DNA of 56,055 nucleotides, taken from contig CALSCP010001260.1 in assembly GCA_943704425.1 (NCBI GenBank), positions 15,862-71,916 of the forward strand, written 5' to 3'. Positions within the stretch are counted from its first letter, which is position 1, and each line of letters opens with the position of its first letter. The notes beneath the pieces were generated by a model. That model did no database searches. It had not been told where the DNA came from and saw only the letters and a list, made by a program, of their open reading frames with translations. Positions 49,192 to 56,055 of this stretch are shown here, piece by piece. Both the position numbers and the translations under genes were made by a program. Source of the DNA: Ministeria vibrans ATCC 50519. Lineage: Eukaryota; Protista; Filasterea.

Positions 49192-50587
49192 GTAAGAGTA
49201 TATTTACATTTTCAGCCAGCAGGGATAAACGAAGGATATTCTGTAGGTGTTTGGCTCGGCGACATGCACTCCTCTCGCTTTCAAGACAATCATCACCTAA
49301 ACATCAAATCTCAGGACTCAGNNNNNNNNNNNNNNNNNNNNNNNNNNNNNNNNNNNNNNNNNNNNNNNNNNNNNNNNNNNNNNNNNNNNNNNNNNNNNNN
49401 NNNNNNNNNNNNNNNNNNNTTCAGCCAGCAGGGATAAACGAAGGATATTCTGTAGGTGTTTGGCTCGGCGACATGCACTCCTCTCGCTTTCAAGACAATC
49501 ATCACCTAAACATCAAATCTCAGGACTCAGTGTTGCAAGCAATACACGTTGCGGGAGTTTGCGTTTTTTAGTAGAGTTGTTTTTAGTGATCGACATTAAT
49601 ATTGAGACGCACCATCTTCAAGTGGTGCAGAAAATATGAAAAAAACAAACAATTTATGAAAACAAACACCACAAACCGACAAATGCCGCGACATTGAACC
49701 AACCCTTCCGTCAGTAAGTAACCTCAGTGACATCACTGATCACCGTCATATACTACTCATTCACATACATAAAATACAGAACGGATGTGCTCTATTGCAT
49801 TTATAATTGGAATTTGGAGGTCAATTTCCGGTCAATTGGGAGCCATCAATCATGGGATGTTCTATCAGCTGCAGTAGTGAGAAAAATCATACGTCAATGA
49901 AACAATCAAAAGCCAGGACTCTAGTCTCTAATCACCAAAGTGACTAAACTCTAAAGGAAGCTCTAAACAGTACCCACGTCCCTATCCCACACACAAGATA
50001 CAAGTGAAGGCTCAAAGCACATTCTTTGTCTCCAGGACCCAAAAAAAAAAAACAGAAAAGAAAAAAAAAACATTGAAAGCAAAAAAAAAGAAAGTGTGCG
50101 ACACCCCCCGTTCACATCTGGTCTCCCACGATATTACTTGCGAAGGCTTGCACGAGCTTAACTTGAGTGTTCGGAAGAGAACTCGTGTTTCCTCGTGAAT
50201 ATGGACGCACAAGACCCAAATGGGCCTTTTTTGCATCAAATCCTCATTTTGTGTGCTTTGCGTCGCATATCTCAAAGACGTATGAGTATGATCCTACAGA
50301 ACTACGGATAACAACTTTACAGGTCTAAGAGGAAAGAAAGACAACTACAAGTTACAAGTGAAAGCACTGAAGTATACCACTCCGTACTTAGTCCAAAAGA
50401 ACTGAAGTAAATGAAGTTTGGCTCACTGATCCCTGTCTGAGTCTCTGAAACAGACTCAGAGAGTGTTTGAAACCGAGTCACCTGTCACTCAGTCTTGTAA
50501 GCGTGGGGTGATGTTTTTGGTGTGTTTTTGGTATTAATTAATATCATTTTTTTTTCCAATAGGTTTAATATTATTTTATAATTTATT

Positions 50588-53500
50588 ATGCTCTTCCTCT
50601 TGCTACTGGCACTTCTTGCGACGCCCTCCTTTATCTCTGGCGACAATTGTGCACCAGAGCGACCAGCCAGGGCTCGCGTGACTGCATTTGCATGGCCAAC
50701 GGCACTGGCAGGCGGCGAGACAGTCACTTTTGACGCGAAAATTTCAAACCCGCCACTCAGTGCCGACGCCAGTGACGTAGTTGTCGAAGTCATCCTGCCA
50801 CAACTATTTGGCGGGCTACTTTCAACACATGTTGAGGCGCCGGCGGTCGAAGACTCGTCTGTTCACGAAGATCTTCGGCAACGTCGAGTCGTTTTTCGAA
50901 TGGGGGCTCTCGTCGCTCGCCAAAGCGTCCATGTTCGAGTGCAGGCGACCGCATTGCCTGCAGCGTCGATTGGGCCGTTTTTTAAAGCACCCCGCTACAC
51001 CATCGTCGTGCCCGTGTCGCTTGCCTACACGGTCAATGGCAGTGCGGTCGTTTCGGGCGACATAGCCACCATTTCGCTGCGTCGCCTTTCGCCGTCTTCT
51101 TCCTCCTCACCGAGCCCCCCCTCGCGTGTTTCTGAGACCTACACGCGTGGTATGCTTGCTCACGAACGCGCCGTGGTTGTATGCGCACGCGACGCGTTAG
51201 ACTGGAATGCGGGCTTTTGCTCCGTGTCCCGCAACAATGGCTCGCTATTCACGCCTATCAGCAGCACGGTGGGCGTTGTCATTGGCTACGATGCTGACGC
51301 GGACGTACTTTACGGTGTCGACACGAATGGTCAGGCGTACGTGCGCAGCGACGACGGAGGCACGACCTTTTACGGTATCACTCTTGACGAGTGGACCAGC
51401 GCCGCGACAAACCTCGTCGATGTGCTCCCTCTCACAAGTTTTCCCGCCAGCGCAACACTCTTTGCGGGCACCACAACGTGGAGAGGTACAACCGCGGGGC
51501 AGATCACAGTGCAACAGCAAGGCGACAGCGTGGCACGCATCGCTCTGGCTAGTTTTGATTCGTGTCTCGCATCCTCGTCGTCGTCGTCGTTGTGTGATCC
51601 CAATCGCAATGTGTGTGCCAATGGTGGGACATGTCTCGAAACGAACTCGGGCCTTGCATGTTTGTGCGACGTGGGCCTCACTGGCACTTACTGTACCGAG
51701 CCTATCGAGTGCGCCTCTGGCGATCCCTGTCCTTGCCCCAACTCGTGGGCGCCCGTTGACATCTCGCCGACCGTGCGTGTCTGCCACGAGCTTGATGAGT
51801 GCAGCTCGAGTCCGTGCAACGCCGGCGAATGCTTTGATCTACTCGGCGCGTTCACTTGCTTGTGTCCCTGTGGCTCGAACAACACCGATGTGTGCGACCC
51901 CATCCCGGATCCGTGTCTCACGTTGCCCTGCCTCAACAACGGGACGTGCTTGCGTATTGCCGAGACTGCCGAGTTTATGTGCACGTGTGCCGCGGGCTTT
52001 ACGGGCGTTTCATGCATTGAAAACATCGACGAGTGTGCGTCGCTGCCGTGTGCGAACGGTGCGAGTTGTGAGGACCAAATCGACGGATTTACCTGCGTGT
52101 GTGCCAGTGGCTTTGGCGGCATAGTGTGTGCCTTGGACGTGGACGAGTGCGCGTCGTCGCCGTGCAGCAACGGCGCAACATGCGTTGACGGTATTGATGG
52201 CTTTGCATGTGCCTGTGCTGCGGGATTTTTTGGCGACGAGTGCGTCTCCGATGTCGACGAGTGTGCGTCGTCGCCCTGCGAGAACAACGGCGTGTGCTCT
52301 CAGGGACCAAACAACTTTTTGTGCGCTTGCGTCGTTGGCTTTACGGGCGCCCGGTGTGACGCCGACATCGACGAATGTGCTTCGTCACCATGTGAAAATG
52401 GAGCAACGTGCATTAATAGTGGGACTGCGGGACAATTTGAGTGTGCCTGTGCGGCGGGTTACACGGGCATCACCTGCGTTGAGGACGTCGACGAGTGTGC
52501 TTCAATGCCGTGCCATCCGACCGCAACGTGCACCGACACGACTGCAGCACCGGTGTGCGTGTGTCCGTCGGGGCGCACGGGGAGCGATTGTTTTGGTGAC
52601 ATTGACGAGTGTGCGTCGTCGCCGTGCCACGTTACCTCGTTGGGCTGCACCGATCTGTTGGACGCGTTCACTTGTAGCTGCGTGGCGGGTCGCGCGGGCG
52701 CCACGTGCGACGTGGACATTGACGAATGTGCCTCGTCGCCGTGTCACCCAACCAACACACTTGCGTGCATGGATCAGCTGAACGAGTTTGTCTGTGAGTG
52801 TGTCGCGGGCTACACTGGTGTTGAATGCGACGCTGAGATTGCCGAGTGTGCTTCCTGCCCATGCGCCAACGGCGCAACCTGCGTTGACGGCGTCAACTCG
52901 TTTCAGTGCGAATGTGCGTCGGGGTTCACCGGCGCAGACTGTTTGCTCGACATTGACGAGTGTGTGTCGCAGCCGTGTGTGAACGGAGCAACGTGCACGG
53001 ACGACGTGGACCGTTACGTATGCGACTGCCTTCCTGGATTTACCGGTGCTCAGTGCAGTCGGAATATCGACGAGTGCGTCTCGTCACCGTGCCTCAACGG
53101 CGCCACCTGCATCGACAATATCAATGGATTTGTTTGTACGTGTGCCGCGGGGTTCTCTGGCGCGCAATGTGTCGCGGACATTGACGAGTGTGCCTCGTCC
53201 CCGTGCGACAATGGCGCCGCTTGTCAAGACACCACCGCCGGCTACGAGTGTACCTGTGTTGCAGGCTACACGGGTGCTGAGTGTGAGCAAGATATCGATG
53301 AGTGTGCGTCGTTGCCGTGCGAGAACGGAGCCACATGCACCCAAACTGCCGCAGTGAATGCTTTTGTGTGCACGTGTGCGGCGGGGTTTACCGGGAGCGT
53401 CTGCGACTTGAACATCAACGAGTGTCTTTCGCAGCCATGTCTCAGCGGGGGCACCTGCAACGACGGCATGGCTGCATTTGGCTGCTCCTGCGCATCGGGC

Positions 53501-56055
53501 TTCACAGGCGCCCGATGCGAGACCAACGTTGACGACTGTGCCTCGTCTCCATGTGTCAACGGTGCAACCTGTGACGATGGCATTGGCTCCTTTGCGTGCG
53601 ACTGCATCCCCGGTCTGACGGGCGTCGTGTGCGACGAGGACATTGGCGAGTGTGCGTCGATGCCGTGTCAGAATGGCGCGACTTGTCGCGACGGACTCGC
53701 GTTGTTCACATGCGATTGTACCGATGGATACGAGGGAACAGAGTGTGCCCAAGAGATTGATGAGTGTGCGTCGTTGCCCTGCATCAACGGGGCAACGTGC
53801 ATCGACAACGTTGCGTTGTTTTCATGCACCTGTGCCCCCGGGTTTACTGGAAGCCAGTGTGCCGTTGACGTGGACGAGTGTGTGTCGGCTCCGTGCGCTA
53901 ATGGGGCCACATGCCAAGACGGTGTTGCCGATTTTGTGTGTTTGTGTGCTGCGGGATTCACTGGCGTAGACTGCGCCGTGGACATTGACGAGTGTGCCTC
54001 ATCACCCTGTCTCAACAGTGGCTCGTGCCAGCAGATCGTTGCCAACAGTTTTAGGTGTCTATGTGCGGCGTTCTTTACGGGCAGCATGTGCGAGACCAAC
54101 GCGGACCCGTGTTTGTCATCGCCCTGTGAGAACGGTGGTGTGTGCGGCTCTCGCCCGGCCCTTGGCAATCTGTTGGTCAGCTCCTATGTGGATCTTGACG
54201 TTGAGCTGATGGCAACCAACAGTCTGGTGGGCTACCGGTTTACGACGGAAAGCTCGGTGAGTGTCGTGGCACTGGGCATGCACTTGTCACAATCGTCCAC
54301 CTTCTTGGGTACCCTTGTCGTCGGCTTGCTTGTCGACGACGGCGCCTCCGTGCTCTCGCAGGTGACGGTGGGCGCAGACGAGAACGAAGATTTTTCGCGG
54401 GACGGAAGCGCGTCGCAGCGCAATCTTTTGACGTATCTGGAGGCGCCAGTGCGTCTTGACGCGGGCGTTACGTACCTCCTCATGGCGGCCATTACGTCGC
54501 CCGCGCGCACCATCGAACGTATCGCGCGCACCGATGCGACTTTCTCGGCCCCTTTCAACTTTGTCAATTCGTTTCAGGCGTTTCCGCCAACAGTCGAGCT
54601 TGGTCCGCCAACGGGGGCCTTTCCCAACCTGCAACAAACCTCGACACTCTTTCTCGGTCCGAATTTAGTGACACTCGACGAGACGGCGGGCAGCTTGCAA
54701 ACGTGTGTATGTGCCGATGGCTACAGCGGGCTGCAATGTCAGACCGACACGGATGAGTGTGCATCGAGTCCTTGTGAAAATTCGGGTGTGTGCACGGATT
54801 TGATTGATGGTTTCAGCTGCGCGTGTGTGCCCGGGTTTACGGGTACGTTGTGTGCGGTAGATGTGAGCGAGTGTGCGTCGAGTCCGTGTGAGAATGGCGG
54901 TGTATGTGCCGATTTAATTGACGGCTACTCGTGCGCATGTGTGTCTGGGTTCACCGGTTCCACATGTGCTGAGGACGTGGACGAGTGCATGTCGAGTCCG
55001 TGTGAGAATTCGGGCGTGTGTACTGATCTGGTTGACAACTTTAGCTGTGCATGTGCGCCCGGCTTTACGGGTACGTTGTGTGCGGTAGATGCGGACGAGT
55101 GTGTGTCCAGTCCATGTGAGAATGGAGGCACATGTGCCGACTTGATTGACGGCTATCGATGTGCCTGCCTTACTGGCTTCACTGGAACGCACTGCAATGG
55201 TGAGGTTGACGAATGCATGTCGAGTCCGTGTCGCAACGGAGGCACATGTAACGACATTGTTTCCGAGTTTACGTGCACCTGTTTGACCGGGTTTGCCGGT
55301 GTTGTGTGCGAGACGGAAATAAATGAGTGTGCCTCGAGTCCTTGTGCTAACGGAGGCACCTGTTTGGACACTGTGGGTGCTTACTCGTGTGCCTGTGCTT
55401 TTGGGTGGACGGATGATCAATGTCTGTCAAACATTGACGAGTGTGCGTCGAGTCCGTGTGCCAACGCAGGTACATGCGTGGATGCCGTGGATGGGTTCTC
55501 GTGTATGTGCGCCTCGGGGTGGTTTGGCACACAGTGCCTGTCGAATACGAACGAGTGTGGATCGAGTCCGTGCCAGAACGGTGCGACATGCAACGACGAT
55601 GTCAACATGTTCAGCTGCGTGTGTCCGGCCGGCTTCAACGGTGAGCTGTGTGAGGTGGACACTGACGAGTGCGAGTCGAGTCCGTGTGCCAACGCAGGTA
55701 CATGTGTGGATGCCGTGGATGGGTTCTCGTGTATGTGTGCCTCGGGGTGGTTTGGCATACAGTGTCTGTCGAATACGGACGAGTGTGGATCGAGTCCGTG
55801 CCAGAACGGTGCGACATGCAACGACGATGTCAACATGTTCAGCTGCGTGTGTCCGGCCGGCTTCAACGGTGAGCTGTGTGAGGTGGACACTGACGAGTGC
55901 GAGTCGAGTCCGTGTGCCAACGCAGGTACATGTGTGGATGCCGTGGATGGGTTCTCGTGTATGTGTGCTTCGGGGTGGTTTGGCACACAGTGTCTGTCGA
56001 ATACGGACGAGTGTGGATCGAGTCCGTGCCAGAACGGTGCGACATGCAACGACGA
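50588..56055 (+). CDS. Giant secreted/cell-surface protein with more than 30 calcium-binding EGF repeats (Notch/fibropellin-like); 3' partial, apparently intronless here
   Basis: ATG at 50588 with signal peptide MLFLLLLALLATPSFISG and an Ig/DUF11-like N-terminal region. Tandem D(I/V)DEC.S.PC.NG.TC.D....F.C.C..GF.G..C repeats follow in the same frame to the window edge (over 1800 codons; absent from the ORF track because it has no stop). Confidence 0.9.
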   Translation, partial: MLFLLLLALLATPSFISGDNCAPERPARARVTAFAWPTALAGGETVTFDAKISNPPLSADASDVVVEVILPQLFGGLLSTHVEAPAVEDSSVHEDLRQRRVVFRMGALVARQSVHVRVQATALPAASIGPFFKAPRYTIVVPVSLAYTVNGSAVVSGDIATISLRRLSPSSSSSPSPPSRVSETYTRGMLAHERAVVVCARDALDWNAGFCSVSRNNGSLFTPISSTVGVVIGYDADADVLYGVDTNGQAYVRSDDGGTTFYGITLDEWTSAATNLVDVLPLTSFPASATLFAGTTTWRGTTAGQITVQQQGDSVARIALASFDSCLASSSSSSLCDPNRNVCANGGTCLETNSGLACLCDVGLTGTYCTEPIECASGDPCPCPNSWAPVDISPTVRVCHELDECSSSPCNAGECFDLLGAFTCLCPCGSNNTDVCDPIPDPCLTLPCLNNGTCLRIAETAEFMCTCAAGFTGVSCIENIDECASLPCANGASCEDQIDGFTCVCASGFGGIVCALDVDECASSPCSNGATCVDGIDGFACACAAGFFGDECVSDVDECASSPCENNGVCSQGPNNFLCACVVGFTGARCDADIDECASSPCENGATCINSGTAGQFECACAAGYTGITCVEDVDECASMPCHPTATCTDTTAAPVCVCPSGRTGSDCFGDIDECASSPCHVTSLGCTDLLDAFTCSCVAGRAGATCDVDIDECASSPCHPTNTLACMDQLNEFVCECVAGYTGVECDAEIAECASCPCANGATCVDGVNSFQCECASGFTGADCLLDIDECVSQPCVNGATCTDDVDRYVCDCLPGFTGAQCSRNIDECVSSPCLNGATCIDNINGFVCTCAAGFSGAQCVADIDECASSPCDNGAACQDTTAGYECTCVAGYTGAECEQDIDECASLPCENGATCTQTAAVNAFVCTCAAGFTGSVCDLNINECLSQPCLSGGTCNDGMAAFGCSCASGFTGARCETNVDDCASSPCVNGATCDDGIGSFACDCIPGLTGVVCDEDIGECASMPCQNGATCRDGLALFTCDCTDGYEGTECAQEIDECASLPCINGATCIDNVALFSCTCAPGFTGSQCAVDVDECVSAPCANGATCQDGVADFVCLCAAGFTGVDCAVDIDECASSPCLNSGSCQQIVANSFRCLCAAFFTGSMCETNADPCLSSPCENGGVCGSRPALGNLLVSSYVDLDVELMATNSLVGYRFTTESSVSVVALGMHLSQSSTFLGTLVVGLLVDDGASVLSQVTVGADENEDFSRDGSASQRNLLTYLEAPVRLDAGVTYLLMAAITSPARTIERIARTDATFSAPFNFVNSFQAFPPTVELGPPTGAFPNLQQTSTLFLGPNLVTLDETAGSLQTCVCADGYSGLQCQTDTDECASSPCENSGVCTDLIDGFSCACVPGFTGTLCAVDVSECASSPCENGGVCADLIDGYSCACVSGFTGSTCAEDVDECMSSPCENSGVCTDLVDNFSCACAPGFTGTLCAVDADECVSSPCENGGTCADLIDGYRCACLTGFTGTHCNGEVDECMSSPCRNGGTCNDIVSEFTCTCLTGFAGVVCETEINECASSPCANGGTCLDTVGAYSCACAFGWTDDQCLSNIDECASSPCANAGTCVDAVDGFSCMCASGWFGTQCLSNTNECGSSPCQNGATCNDDVNMFSCVCPAGFNGELCEVDTDECESSPCANAGTCVDAVDGFSCMCASGWFGIQCLSNTDECGSSPCQNGATCNDDVNMFSCVCPAGFNGELCEVDTDECESSPCANAGTCVDAVDGFSCMCASGWFGTQCLSNTDECGSSPCQNGATCND
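55430..56055 (+). repeat. 228-bp near-identical tandem repeat (two EGF modules per unit), about 2.7 copies visible
   Basis: gacgagtg.g.gtcgagtccgtgtgccaacgcaggtacatg.gtggatgccgtggatgggttctcg recurs at a 228-bp period. Confidence 0.9.

Larger units (their letters stand above)
46929..49585. repeat. Near-identical direct duplication (46929-47850 vs 48455-49320, plus a third partial copy after the gap at ~49322-49418)
   Basis: Identical ORF translations at a 1526-bp offset; sequence after the gap repeats 47683-47845. Confidence 0.85.

Noticed and set aside
51207-56049. Numerous listed ORFs on both strands over the EGF gene
   Set aside because: Shadow frames of one long Cys-rich ORF beginning at 50588.

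Overview
Gene-dense, intron-rich eukaryotic DNA with short GT-AG introns and (CT)n/(AAT)n microsatellites. The gene content (ANKS1/Caskin-like, metazoan-type chitin synthase, Notch/fibropellin-like EGF array, URA4-type dihydroorotase) suggests a unicellular holozoan/opisthokont; this is inference. About 20 protein genes can be modelled, plus an intron-containing tRNA-Leu(CAG), retroelement relics and two assembly gaps. The standout is the 88-bp 'satellite' at ~34.4-36.3 kb. On the minus strand every unit is a complete spliceosomal intron (GTAAGT...pyrimidine tract...AG, nearly always TAG), and units are separated by a variable 3-nt exon. About 26 single-codon microexons lie between the LRR and Roc domains of an LRR-Roc-COR-caspase-like gene, a candidate combinatorially diversified immune/cell-death receptor. 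Other highlights are a spliced 91-aa stand-alone FLASH (CASP8AP2) N-terminal-domain homolog missing from the ORF track, an AlgD-like GDP-mannose dehydrogenase, a bacterial-type glycogen-debranching-like enzyme, and a giant EGF protein with a domain inserted inside one EGF module. All gene models and family calls were made by eye, without database searches or RNA-seq.
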